Shown here: positions 1 through 13,100 of the stretch, one piece after another
Numbering within the stretch: position 1 is the first letter of the stretch
Layout of the letters: the number at the start of each line of letters is the position of its first letter
Program-made: the position numbers and the translations under genes
The notes under the pieces: model-generated
Seen by the model: the letters and a program-made list of their open reading frames with translations, nothing else
What the model was told of the DNA's origin: nothing
Databases searched by the model: none
From: Camelus ferus
Taxonomy: Eukaryota
DNA: 64,000 bases
Direction: 5' to 3'
Assembly: GCF_009834535.1 (NCBI RefSeq)
Contig: NC_045696.1
Span: 25,918,001-25,982,000 of the forward strand

Positions 1-640
1 TTTGTTAATTTCCGTCCCGCTAGGACTCTCCCCTTTCCAGCTCCCCTGCACCCCCACCGCCCAGCAGGCTAGCGCCCCCTGCGCGGGCGGGTGGTAGAGT
101 GTGGAGGTGGAGGATCTGTGCACCCCTTCATCCCCCCCCCCCCCAACGGCAGACTCCAAGCTGCTTTCATTTCTCCCCTCCCCTCCCGCCTCCTCGCCTT
201 CCCTCCTCTAAGTCCTTCCACCCGCGGCTGCTGCAGGAGGAGACGGACGCTCTGCTGCGGGGCCGCGGGAGCAGCGGTAGCGGCGGCGGCCGGACCAGGG
301 GGACTGGCGGCTAGACCCGGGCGGGCGGCCGGACCGCGCGCTCCCTTTCTCTCCCGCTGCCGGGCTCCTGGGCTCACCGCCCGGCTCCGCTCTCGCCCGC
401 AGCTGCCCGGGTTCACAGTCTCTGGGAGGCGGCACCGCGGGGGGTGGCCGCAGCCTCAGCCCTGCCCCTCCCTCCTTCCCTCCTTCCCTCCCTCCCTGCA
501 GCCCCACCACGTAGGAGTTGGGATTCTCCACCCGATTCGTCCCGATTTCCCTTTTGCCTCTCTTTTGGAAACGAGAGAGGTGGAGGGAGGCAACGAGGTT
601 GCAAAGGAGAGGCCCGCCAAGTCGGCCCGCCTGCAAAGTG
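1..640 (+). promoter_or_regulatory. ROBO2: CpG island / promoter region of ROBO2 (b-type first exon); may extend left of the window
   Basis: Very GC- and CpG-rich stretch (CGG/GGC runs, GGGCGG boxes, C-rich tracts) against an AT-rich background, directly upstream of the ROBO2 start codon. The exact TSS cannot be read from sequence. Confidence 0.85.
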
Positions 641-1170
641 TTCCTTTGACACATCCTTATTATGGAAGTTAAGTGAAAAAACTCTGGACGTGGAGCAGCT
701 ACCGAGACGGAGACCAAGGGAAAGAAAACCAGTAGGCAGGCCAATGTTTTTTCGGCAGCGCGCTGGCAAGTTTGTGGAACACTTTCTAGGAATTAGGTCT
801 TTTTCTTCCCTTCTTGACTTCTGAAGAAAGAACTTGGCTTTGGATTGCCATGGAGCCTGAGGAGAGAGGGTTAGACACACTTGAATAATCCCTCCGGCTG
901 GGCTGAATTCGTGGGAATTTAGGAAGCCAGAGTGTGGAAATACAGCAGCCTTTGGAGTGCCCTCTGTTAATTCGGATGGATCTAAATGTGCCCCATTCAA
1001 GACCTCTCCACTAACCTCTTCTGATCTTGCCATTTGCTCTTCTTGACTTTAATTAGCAGCTAGGAAAGTCTAAACTTTGGACCTACCTCTTTTTTTTGAT
1101 ACTTATTTTTGTACTTTTACTCTCTGGGATTGGTTTCTTGAACAATCTGGATCCTTTTTAATATGTCAAA

Positions 1171-1231
1171 ATGAGTCGGCTGATGTTTACACAACTACTG
1201 CTCTGTGGATTTTTATATATTCGGGTTGATG
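1171..1231 (+). CDS. ROBO2: ROBO2 coding exon 1 (ROBO2b type): signal peptide MSRLMFTQLLLCGFLYIRVD(G)
   Basis: ATG at 1171 in aaaATGa context; 61 nt ending in phase 1 at G|GTAAGT (GT 1232-1233). Matches the human ROBO2 N-terminus as I recall it (MSLLMFTQLLLCGFLYVRVDG) with two substitutions, and joins in frame (G|GA) to exon 2. Confidence 0.96.
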
Positions 1232-3042
1232 GTAAGTTAAAATGCTTTTATCCTGTTTTCCCTCCAAAAAACATTTCTTTCTGCTTTGGATGTGGGCTAT
1301 AAATAAAATGATAATTATGTCTGTTGGTCCCTTTTTGCCAGGCATGGGGCTTTTGGGGGGCAGAGGTTTTAAGTCTTTTGTTTCTAAACTACTGTAAGTG
1401 GAACATGTTAGGAGTCACCTATTGTTTAATTTACATAATTAGTTGAGGAGCTGGATAACAAATAATGGGCTCTCAGTTTTGTTAGAAAAATAAATTTGAA
1501 AGTAAACCTCTTGAACGAGTCTAGAACTCTTGGGCTTGCTCTCCGTTTGGGTTTGTTCTTGTGTCTGAACTTTCCTTGGCTTAGGAATTCAAGAGAAGTA
1601 ATAGACACCTCAGTGAAGGTACAATGGGTTGGGAATTTGAGACTGGGTATCTCAGAGATCAATGTGTATCACCTGCGTGCTGATGAGTGCTCTCCTAGAG
1701 TGAAATCAGAATGAAGAATTTAGATCATAGGGAGAAAACTGTCAAAAGTAAGACTGGGCGAGGCTCCAGGAAGGGGGAAGCAGAAGCTGTAGGCTGGCTG
1801 CGGGCACCGAACACTCAGCTCAGTCCCCAGTGGCAAACACAATGGGGATCTGAAACAGGTGCTGTTGGTGTCTCCCTCTAGGTTAAGTCAGTTTGTCAAG
1901 CAGACAGCATTCTGCCTCTGATTCTCCTGTCTTTTGTTCGGATTTCGTTTCCTGGGATATTTTCACAGGATGTCAGTTTTTTGTGGGAGGATTGCAAAAT
2001 CCTTTTTTGTAGCTCTTTTGAAGGATGAGTGGAAGTAATCGTTAACGTGTTTTTTTGTTTGTTCCAAAGAAGACAGTCAAAAGAACATTTGGTACAAACC
2101 TTCTAGAGACTTTAATGTTTACATCAATGCAAAGAACTGGTCTTAAAGGGAAGACTAGAACATGATATTTTTGCCTGTTATATGTGGCTTGTGGTACTTA
2201 GATTTTTAATTACTGTACTTGTAAAGAATCTGAGGTGTATTGGTCCGAATACTTGAGCCATTATAGTAGCTTGTTGCTACATAAACTTTCCTCCAGCATT
2301 TGCATTGTGGACACAGTCATTATTTGGGACACTACCTATTTTTGCCCGCCTGTAGGAGCTAACTTTGTTCTTGGCAGCTGCTACTGCTGCACAGAGCCCA
2401 ATGTATGGGACTCAAAAGGGAAGACTCTCTGTAAACATGAAGCAATACAGATGAGTTTACCTACTGTCAAGTGGCTGTTTTCAATGCGGGACTACATGAG
2501 TACCTATGCCCCCCTAGCGATACTGGCAAGGCATTCATGTGGGCACACCCCTTCTTTCTTTTTTCTCTTGTAAGTAGTAGATGTATAGGAATTAATCACT
2601 GTGAATTATATTGTGGCGCTATCTATGATCCTATCTAGTCATTCACCATTTTCTTCTTCAATACATTTACCTTTGCGATACGTTTACATTACCATAACAA
2701 AAGGTTTTCATATTTGTCCCAAGTGTTTTGATTATCATGATAAGAAGACTTTGATATAACTTTTTGGATAATAGGTCCTCATAAGCTGTGAATTTACATA
2801 TCAATACCAGAAATACATGTATAATCTATATATATTAGACTACAGAATTACCACCAAGTTTTTCCTTTTTTGAATCAGTGGGTAGCTAGGAGGAATACAA
2901 TTAAATTGCTCAGTGGAAGTGACAGAGGGAATCAGAAGAGCTTGGTGTTACAGAATGTAATTAATGTACCAGGGTGTTTGGAGATATATGAAACAAATGC
3001 AATTAACCAGCTTGCTGGAACAGCAGCAGCAAGACATCATTT

Positions 3043-3127
3043 CTCTCCTTCCCTCTCTCCCTCCCATCTTAGCTTCCCTCCCTCCTTTCCCTCTCTCCCT
3101 TCTTTCCTTCCATGCCCCCCCCCCCCA
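3043..3127. repeat. CT-rich low-complexity tract ending in poly-C
   Basis: Imperfect CCTT/CCCT/CTCT units seen directly. Confidence 0.8.
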
Positions 3128-5679
3128 GATACACCTAGGACCTTTGTTCTGATTTAACGTTATGGGATAAGGGGGTAATTTGTGTCTGGGCCATAATTGT
3201 GCAGCAAAATTCATAGTCATGTGGTGAAAAATGCCCAGGGTTGAGGAGTTGAAAAGGTAATACTAAATTTTTGTGTGTGTGAAACTAGTTTTTATATTTA
3301 GCATCCACTATGTCAAAAGCAAAGGGAACCATGGATGCTTACTGAATTAGTATGTAAGTCATACATTTGACATTGGATTGCCTTTGGTTTACTTCCGAAT
3401 GATGACAGCCACTCCATGGGGATTGTTGAAAATTTGGGATGTAGACAACACTGCCCTCTAGGCTATTTCAGCACACTGGGACTGGGTGTTCACATGTATA
3501 ATGAGGGGGTAGGTTTGTAGGGTCTTGAGGCTTTCTTACTTTTTCCAGGATTCAATGATTTCTATTTGTTATCCTTCTTAGAAGTATGTGCGTATTCTCC
3601 CCATGAATTTCAAATTTAGAGAACCTTGTACCATTTCAAAGATATACTGACTCTCCTCGTGCTAGACACAGAAATTAATTTTATTCAGTGACAAATGATA
3701 CATAGATTTGCATTGAAATTTGCCTGGTGGGTTATTTATATGTGCATTTTTATGGTATATGAAAAATGTTAGTTTTGCATCCTCATAAAAGATATGTGCT
3801 AATGTCATTTATGATTTTTCCATATCTTGTGTTTGTAAGAATCCATGGAGAATAAATATTAAGTTAGTTGAGAACTACAGGCAAACTTTTCCATTTGGGA
3901 TATAAATAAAGACTATCTCACTCAATACATATTAATTAATGAGATGCAGGTTTTTATTTACTATTATATAAGAGAATATGTATCGAGTATAGCCTTTGTT
4001 CTCCAGATTTTCTTTATTTTTAGATTAAAATACGGCTTTGTGATCATTTACAGGGAACTAATATGAACCATTACAAGACTGTTTAATTACATCTATATTC
4101 CATACTTTGTCAATTCAATAATTTTACGGTATTGGTGAAAGGATATTTTTAAGATGAAAGTTTTTTTTAAATCTTTAATCCTTAAATATTCTAAAATGAA
4201 AATGGCACATGGTATTTGGGGAGATAAAGATGATGTGTGTGCATAGTGCAGATGTATAATATCATATAGGTTTATACACTTGGCCAAAGTGCTCCTTTCA
4301 GTAATGGGCTCATTATCATAGCCATATGTAGTCCATTTCAGAACTTAAATTGCATATAAGTAACCTGAAATTTCTTCTTCCAACTATGCAGTAATATCAC
4401 GTTTGAGCTGGTTTTGTTTGAATAACCTTTGATTCTAGGCAACATGTGAACCATAAGTCAAAAAGATTTCTTAAAACATAGGAAAAAAGGGTATCTTAAA
4501 TAAAAAAAGCCATGATTATACAAAAAAGAACAATTCTGATCATCACGTCCTTGAGCAGACTGTTTAAAATAGCATCTTTGATAATAAAAATATGGACATG
4601 TCAGCCCATTGCCTACATTTGGGTACATATATAGTACTGAAGGGAGCTCATGGATGTAGGATGTGTGTGTCTAGTGATATCTGCTTCAGTAGTTCCTGCA
4701 ATCTATAGGAGATATTTACTTCCCATGTGCAATTTGGTTTTTGAAGAGTGTTAAAAAACAGATTTTTCTTTTACTTGTTTCTCCTCCTAGTCCTCCTCTT
4801 CTCCTTCTTCTCCTGTTCCTCCTTCATTTCTTCTCTTTCCTTCTACTCCTCTTTCTTTTTGGGACCTGTGGAAGGAATTAAAGAAATATCTGAAGAGCAA
4901 AGAAAATGGATGAGGGTGTTTCTTGAGTAACAACTTAGAAATTTGTTAAATTGCATTTAAAGGGGAATGTGTTAATAATATTTTAACTTTGGTTTATCCA
5001 GTTGAGGGCTTGACTCATGTTTTTTCTTTTACAATACTATTTATCTTTATGCAAACTTATTTTGTATAGTTCTTTTTCTAGGCAGACAGAATTGCACAGA
5101 TCTGAGTTCAAGCAGACAATGGAAACTGAGAGAGTGCTATTTATGGACTTGTTTTAAAGAGGTTATGTCTCTTACAGTGTTTCCAGCTATACATCTATCA
5201 ACCTAAATCAATCCATTGATACTGATAATGATTTTCTTCTTTTTTAAAATTATTGAATAAAGCGTGAATGAATGATTATGTAAAATCTTTTAAAGGGAAA
5301 TTCCCATACGCTCTTGCAATGTTTCCACAGCATGTTACACCATAATAGAAACCTAACATAATATCTAAGGTGTAGTATACTCACCCAAAAAAACTTGTCT
5401 CTAACTCAAAACAATGTTGAAGTAAGCTAGACCTCAATCCTTGCTGTTTCCTCCTTAATATTCCATATTATCTTTCATTTGGTCACATAGGTTTAAAAAT
5501 CTATCTTTACGCTGATACTTCTCAAATTGCCCTAATCATGTGTGGAGGAAAATTTCCATAGAATTACAACTTAGCTTATCCTTATACTGTTGTATCTCCA
5601 GTGCTCAAACATTGCTTGGCATATCTAGCTGACTATATAACATCTTTGCTTGATATCTAATAGGAATGTATCAAACTCA

Positions 5680-5811
5680 GATGCTAACTAGATTTATTGT
5701 GGTGGTCATTTCCCAATATAAACAAATAGCAAATCATTGTATTGTACACCTTAAAAATAACATAATGTTATATATCAATTATACCTCAATCAAATAATAA
5801 AAAAATATATA
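5680..5811 (+). mobile_element. 5'-truncated L1 3'-end fragment with target-site duplication
   Basis: Typical L1 3' terminus (...tgtacacc...atgttatatatcaattatacctcaat + A-rich tail), flanked by direct repeat TATCAAACTCA at 5669-5679 and 5812-5822. Confidence 0.8.
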
Positions 5812-6009
5812 TATCAAACTCAAGCCCAGGATAGAATTTGCTCCTCTTTCTAATCATCTCCAGCCCAGTAAATGGCATCACTATTCTCAGAGTTTTTCAT
5901 GACCCAAAATTGGAAAACATTTTTGACTTGTTCTTACAGCCCAAATCCAACTTGTTAGTATACCCTTTGAAATATACCCTAATACCAAGAATTTTATCTG
6001 TGTGTTTGT

Positions 6010-6210
6010 GATTTTCCCCAATGTTATATTATAAGCATTTTCAAATAGGCAGCAAAGCTGAGAGAACTGTACAGCAAACACTCATATATCCCCACCTTGA
6101 TCCTACCATTATTTTATTATACTTGATTACCCCATATCTATCCATCTATCCATTCCTCTAGGCATCTATTAATTCATCTTACTGTTTTGATGCATTTTCA
6201 AGTAATTAGG
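6010..6210 (-). mobile_element. Old L1 (L1M-type) 3' fragment
   Basis: Resembles an antisense L1M 3' end (attttcaaata...aaagctgagagaactgtacagcaaacactcatatatccc). Confidence 0.5.
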
Positions 6211-6774
6211 TACCAACTGTTTCTTACTAATTCCACCACTACCATCCTGGACAAAATCTGGACTATTGCAATAGCCTGATAAATGATCATCCTTCCTCCA
6301 TTCCAGCTCTTCTTATCTGCATACCTTACACCCATCCAGTTCTCCACACAGTAGCCACAGGGACCTTTTAAAAGCATGTAAATAAGACAATGCCAGCTCC
6401 TTGCTCAGAATTTCTAATGGGTTGCACTGAGAACTCTTCACAATAGTTTACAAGACTGTTCAAATTCAGGCCCCTCACTGCTTCTCTGATCTCATCTGTT
6501 CACACTCCCTCCTAGAACCTAGATTCAGAAGTTTCTTTAGGATGTTTTATTCCTCACTTAGGGCTTTTGCATTTGTTGTTTTTTTCTACCTGAAATGTGC
6601 TTTCCCAGATCTTTGCAAGGGCAAGTCTTTCAATTGATTTAACAAGTGCCTATTCAATAGCATCTCTTCAGATGTATGGATCACCCTATGTATGTAAAAC
6701 TGCTTCCCTTAAAACACTATTGGGCTACCCCCTTTACCTATCTTAATTTTTTTCTTAGCACTTATCATGTCCTG

Positions 6775-6776
<2 letters not shown>

Positions 6777-6808
<32 letters not shown>
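6777..6808. repeat. (GT)16 microsatellite
   Basis: Perfect dinucleotide run. Confidence 0.97.
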
Positions 6809-6811
<3 letters not shown>

Positions 6812-6821
6812 CATGCAATCT

Positions 6822-7230
6822 TGAAGGGGCTGATATCTTACCTTACGTACAAGCTAATAAGTTAGACTGCCACAACTTAAAGAATGCTGGCAAAACACGT
6901 GAGATTTCTGGGTCAGAGATGATAGACTTCATTAGCCTTGCCACAGCAAGCAGCATGACTTCATGTCTGTATAGATTTACCTTTCCCCTGAAGATCCTTA
7001 GGGACAGTGCAGGGGGGCCCAGGTAGATGATACACACCTAGTGGGTTACCCTCACAGCTGAGGAACCCTGAGCTTGGGAACCCAGATGTTTTGTAATGGG
7101 TGATAAGGAAACCTGCCTAACCTTTGCCCTGGAGAAGACATTGTATGAGTATATTAGATAGTAAGCAAATCTGCCTTCTGTTCTCAAGGGAGATCATCTC
7201 TATTTTAGAAGACTTTGCTATATGCAAATA
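6822..7230. mobile_element. LTR-like insert (probably ERVL class) inside the L2
   Basis: About 400-bp block interrupting the L2, with motifs resembling old ERVL LTRs; family not determined. Confidence 0.45.
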
Positions 7231-8134
7231 TTAGTATGCTTATCATCTGCCTCTTCCACTGTGCTCCTAGGGCTGGGACTTAGCTTTGTCTGTCATGTTT
7301 ACCTATGTTCCTCCAGTGCCTAGAGCACAGGATGACACATAATAAATTCTAATATTTGTTGAATAAATGAAAATGTGCTTATGGAGTGCTTTTGAGGTGT
7401 TTGTTTTCATGCCCTAGTCTGACACATGAAGTGTTTACCATTTGAACTAGGTTTATATGTTTATTTTGGGGTGTGCATTTGTGTGCATCTCTCTCATTCT
7501 TTCTGTCTGGAGAGTTATCAAACATGCATGTTTTGACATAAATGACATCATGATTTCTGATGATGTAATATTCTGCCTTTCACTTTCCAGGAGATGTAGA
7601 ATTGACTGTGTGCTTTGATATGCCTCTTTTCTAACCAAGAATATTTTCTACAGTGGTGTTTTTCACAGTCACGCTCTCTCAGTCCCCATAACTAACACTG
7701 TTGTGTGTTTTAGCACACTGTTGAGTGGTGTGTATATTTTGACAAGGCACTCCTTCAAAGGATTCTGATGTGCCTTAATAGGACCACGCACACTCCCCTC
7801 TGACTAAGGAATGTTGACTTATATAATGATAACTAGTCCAAAAATTGAGACTTTTAAGCATCAGCAATAGAGAAAGTAATTACTTACTAAATGGGCATCA
7901 TTCTGCCGTAGAGGTATCTGACCCCACCGTTGCAGTCATCATGTCTAGGGTCCTGTTTATCATCAGTGATACTAAACTGAGATATACTTAGCAATTTGGC
8001 AGGTGGGACCCTCTTTACAGACCTACTTTTGATTTTAAGAAAATAACTTGAAGGAGTCTTATCTGGAAAACTTATTTTTTTAAACTAAGGTAAAGATCAA
8101 CATGGATATTCTCTAAATTTTGCTTCTTTAATAT

Positions 8135-8785
8135 TTTTCCCCAACAACTTTATTGAAATGTTTGAGATATAATTCACATACCATATAGTTCACACATATA
8201 AAAGTGTACAATTCAGTGATTTATTTAGTGTATTCAGAGAGCTGTGCAACCATAACTGCAATCTAATTTTAGAATTTTTATATCATTGTATCAAGGAAAC
8301 TCTGTATCCTGTTCCTCATCCATCACCCCTCTCCCAGCCCTAGGAAGCCACTAAGAAAGTCTACTTTCTGTCTGTATAGATTTGTCTATTTTAAACATTT
8401 CATGTAAATAGGATCATAAAATATATGGTCTTTTGTGACTAGTTTCTTTCCCTTAGTGTAATGTTTTTAAGGGTCATCCATGTTGTAGAATATATCAGTA
8501 TTTCATTCTTCTTTTATTGCTGAATAATATCCCATATCATTTATATTTTGAATTATCTGTGGATATTTAGGTTGTTTCCACTTTGGGGCTATTATAAAGA
8601 GTGTTGCTGTGAACACTCATATACTAACCTCTGTGTGCACATATGTTTTCATTTTTCTTGGGTGTATAACTGGAGTAGAATTGCCAGGTCACATGGTAAT
8701 TCTGTGTTTAACCATTTGAGGAACTGCAGGACTGTTTTCCAAAGCTGCTATGCCATTTTACACTCCCACTGGTAATGTATGAGGT
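8135..8785 (-). mobile_element. L1 (L1MA/MB-like) 3' region
   Basis: Antisense L1 signature: ctttattga..tataattcacataccat..aagtgtacaattcagtg, ...ctgttttccaaagctgc...cactcccac. Confidence 0.85.
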
Positions 8786-9049
8786 AAATATATTATTTTA
8801 ATTCACCATGGAAAGAAAATGTTGAGTGGCCTTGATGGATTAGATATGATTTTTATAGTGAAACAATTTTATAAATGATAATAATATGCCTTAAATTTCC
8901 AAAAGTCCTAATTTCTAATCCTTTCAGTGATTGTCTTAAGTTTTCTTCAGTTGCCCTGTAAAGTTTTACAAGTGAAATACACTCAAACTGAACTTGTCAC
9001 TTTTAGCAGGGAGTTCACCGATACTAAATGTAAATTACAGAATGATGGC

Positions 9050-9215
9050 ATCCCAGAGCTAGAGGAAGTTTTTGCAGTTAGGCAGCACAACCTTTCCGTT
9101 GGTTGGACAGATGGGGAACTGAAGCTCAGATTTTTTATGCGCCTTGTCATAGCCTCTGCCGCTTAGTGGTGGGGCTGGAATCAGAGTCCAGGGATGTTTT
9201 TAATCTCTATACCAT
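9050..9215 (-). mobile_element. MIR-family SINE fragment
   Basis: Core motif acagatggggaactgaagctcaga. Confidence 0.55.
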
Positions 9216-9349
9216 GCTTCTCTTGAGAGACGATTTCCATTTTCTTAACCCTGGAACTCCTTAACAAGAGTTCCAGGCTCTTGTTACTGAAAATGACCAG
9301 CTGTTTTCTGAACATGTCAACAAGGGAGTTAGCCTGAGAAACCATGAGG

Positions 9350-9800
9350 TTATTCATTTGATTCAGCACCTGCTTATGGAGCACCTATTTATAAACACGA
9401 CACCTTGTTGAGGGCTCTGTGAGGAACATGATGACGTTAAATAGTTCCCACCTTCAAGGAGATAACTCTTTAGTAGAGGTGATAACAAATGCTCAAGTTA
9501 CTGACACAAGAGTGGTTATCTGGTAGTTGGGGGTTGAAGGTACACACAACATAGCTTGGGAACTCAGAGAAGGAATAGTGATTTCCAGCTCTTGCAATCT
9601 GGGAAGTGTAACAAATGGGTCACTTAACCTGAGCCTTAGAGGAGAAGTGGAGTTTTAATAGACAGAAAGATTGGGAATTGTATACCAGCAAAAGGCATAA
9701 CAGGAGGAATGGCACGGAGATGACAAAGATGTGCTAGTGGAAAGGCAAGGAGTCTAGTTTAATTGTAACATTGTTTGTCCACAGGAGAAGAAGCATAAGA
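9350..9800 (-). mobile_element. L2 fragment
   Basis: Starts with attcatttgattcagca..ttatggagcaccta (antisense L2 tail), followed by purine-rich L2-like sequence. Confidence 0.55.
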
Positions 9801-9824
9801 TGATTATTGAAAGACAGTTAACAA

Positions 9825-10150
9825 ACACTACCGAGTGAGTCAGAGCAAATGATTTAACCATTCTATGCCTCAGTGTCCTTGTCTTTAAAATGGGCATGGT
9901 AATAGTGTCTTCTCAAACACCTGATATGAGGAATAGGTGAATATATACACACACATATATATGGAACATTGTATGTTATCATATATGGAATTAGATGTGT
10001 GTATATATGTAATATATATCCATATGTATGTATATATGTAATATAGTACCATATGTTACATATATATGTATACTATATATGTAGAAATTTTAGAAAAAGT
10101 CCTCTGAACAGTGCCTGGTACTTAAAACACCAGTTAAGTGCTATTATTTT
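9825..10150 (+). mobile_element. MIR SINE interrupted by a TA-rich low-complexity block (about 9940-10085)
   Basis: tgcctcagtgtccttgtctttaaaatggg core and an aacagtgcctggtac tail. Confidence 0.65.
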
Positions 10151-13100
10151 TTTTATTAGTAGTAGTATTTTTATTCTATTATTATTCTCTTCCTAGTATA
10201 GAGTAGAAGTAAATTTAAGAGTACTTTGTCTATCAGGCTAATTACGAACTACATTTCAGATGCATTTCATGATAATTTTCACATAACCTTTCAAGGTGAC
10301 TGAATAAGAACTTTTGTTGCCCCTTACGGGGACTCATCTGTGGCCACACCTATGAAACTGTGACAGACGTGCTATGACATGTGTGTTTCCATTGCATCAT
10401 GTGCTGATTACAGAACAAATAGGATTCCCAAGGGAGTGGTATTATGAATGAAAGGAATAAACAAGAGAGGCATACTACAAATAGCAATTTGTTAATAAAC
10501 AGAACATGCTTGTAAAACCCTGCAGTTTGGTTCATGTTGACTGATTATGTTTTATCCAGATTAGTTTTTACTTGGTGCTTTTGCTATAAAATATCATGAA
10601 GCTAAATCTTATATGAGACACAGCTTACTGGTTCTAAGTAAATGCACCTAGTACAGAAAAATTTTTAAAAATTAACATTCAGTCCCCACTCAACATTTTT
10701 TCCTGGATGGCCTACTTATCTTTCTTTCATCTAGTATAAATGTTGATTCTGATGCTTTTTAGAGCTATCCATTAATTAGATTTACATATTGAGTGGTTGT
10801 CCTTATCAGAAAGGCTAACCTGAATGAGACAGTATCACTGCTATTGTGGAAGGGACACACCATGGGTGTCCAGAAGCTCTGGACTGCAGTTTCAGTTTTA
10901 CTACTAATTAATTGTATGACTTTAGGTTCTTATCAGAAAAAATAGATAATATTTGACTGTGTACTCTCCAGCGTCTCACTCAGCCTTGAATCCTATTATT
11001 GTAAGTCATTTAGTTAAATGTCCTATCATTTTTATTATGTTTGAGTACAATTAAAGGAGAAAATTTACCCTAGAAAAAAAATTATCCCAAGCCATAAATG
11101 TCAATCTTTGAAAATAATTATGATTTATTGTTCATTTGCATGGGATATATCCCTGTATTCTGATGTGGGCTTAATGACGTGAATATGGATAATAGTCAAA
11201 ATTTACTAATCTTACGGTTCATATCCACTTTCATTCATTAATAACCACTGGTACTTATTGTTTCTTTATGAATAAATGGGATTAAAAATTTAATAGTAAG
11301 AAAACAATAGTCTTAAGCCAAATTACTTACTAGTTTATGGCCACTGTAACTAGAACCATATGTGACAGGGCAGTTTTAGCTCAGGAGAGGGATTAACAGC
11401 CACTTTTTAATTTCTGTTGTAAGGATTGATGTGGGATTTCTTTCCCTGGTTTTTGGTCCCAAGCCTTTTTGGAAATGAGCTGTAGAATATGGAATATAAC
11501 TCAACACTTAACATTACATTGCTTTTCAAGTTTACGCAAGAAACAAGGAAACCATTTGGAATTTAAAGGATTGGTCAAAAGCTGTGCAACAGTCATAACC
11601 AATTAAAATGTTCGTAAGTGTGATCAAAAAGGGGGAACTTTAAAAAATTAAGTCAAGAGGTTTTCTTTATAAAGAAAAGGTTATACGTTATATAAATCAA
11701 GGTTATAGTCATACTTTAAAGTTTCACAATATATACTTCCAAATACTACCAAATGGTAGAACTCAGTACACTAATTTGTTTAGGTATATCTGATAATTAT
11801 ACAATACAGTTTTCAGAGTTACATTAAATTAAGGGAAATTCAGGATGAGCCTAGTGACAGGTATTCTAAATTGTGGTTTTTATCTTTATTTTAAAGTGAA
11901 CTTTAATGTAATGTCAGCTAATAGTGTAGTTACTGAAAACTGCATTAATTGTTGATCTGTTAAAACTAGAGCAGGCATTTCACCTTCCCCTCCTTAAATA
12001 TGAAATAGCTTGTCCATTCTAGACCACCTCTGAATGTCAACAACTACAACAAGGAGCCATCACCCAAATGCCAATTAAATGTACCCTTCCCCAACTGGCT
12101 CATTGATTGCAGGAGAGACTGAGTAAGAAGAGTGTAACCTTTCAAAAAGAAAATGCCAGGTAACTTAGCATTCTTAAGTGTTGTTGTTTTTTTTTTTTTT
12201 TCCATGCAAAATGGACTGTGAGGAGTTAGAACATTGAATTTGATGGTTTCAGAACTACTTTCTTTGATGCAGTGATAGTCTCGAGAGTTAAAAACTAACG
12301 ACGAAAAAGTATTTCCACGGTACCTGAGCCCTGAATTCATAGATCTTCAAGCTGTCATTCAGTTGAGGTTTGTAACCTCCTTTTCTTCTCACAAATGCTG
12401 TTTAATAACTTCACCAGAAAAGAAGTGCTAACGGATTTAACTGGGGAGTTCCTCTCTGGCTATCTTGAAAACATGTAGGTGATTTTGTAGTTAAGTGTGT
12501 TTTTAAGTGTTTCAGTCCACCTTTGTGATTTGAAAGCCTGGATAATGTCAACTTGTAATACAAAATGAAAGAAAAAAGAATAGGAAAAATATGTAGAACA
12601 TGTGGGTACAGATTTTGAGCAAAGATACTTCATCCCCCTGCCCCATACACACATGGCTGTTAGATATGAATAAACTTCTGAGTTGTTTAATGCCTGCCAT
12701 CTACTCACAATCCAACAGACAACTTTTATTTTATGAAGCACATTTTCCGAGCTATGAATTATTATTTTACTTTTCTGTTAAACTGTAACACCTGTGATGT
12801 TCATCAGTTGGATCTTATGAATCTCTCCAGATTTGTGAGGCTCTCAGTAAAAGCGTCTCATCCTGTTAAATTTAAATTCCTAGTTTGTTCAACTTTTCTT
12901 TTCAGAAAGCGGTTTTTATCTTTCTAAGCAGCAGCTAAAGATTGTATGCAATTAAGATGACTTGTCAATTACTTCTATAGTCTCTCTCTCTCAGGATGCA
13001 ATTCTAAGCTTTCTGAATTTGGGGTTCTATAGGAGTTTATGCATGATCTTTGCATTTGAAATTGTCCAGGAGGTACAAGGATATACCTGGGAGGGGCAAT

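Larger units (their letters stand above)
6230..7372 (+). mobile_element. L2 LINE 3' region, interrupted by (GT)n and an LTR-like insert
   Basis: L2-like motifs (gactattgcaatagcct, tctccacacagtagcca) and a typical L2 tail (ccagtgcctagagcacag...atatttgttgaataaatgaa) at about 7313-7372. Confidence 0.7.

Noticed and set aside
69..1033. Long overlapping ORFs (115-206 aa) on both strands
   Set aside because: Low-complexity Pro/Arg/Gly/Ala translations typical of stop-poor CpG islands; several start at non-ATG codons; no domain recognised.
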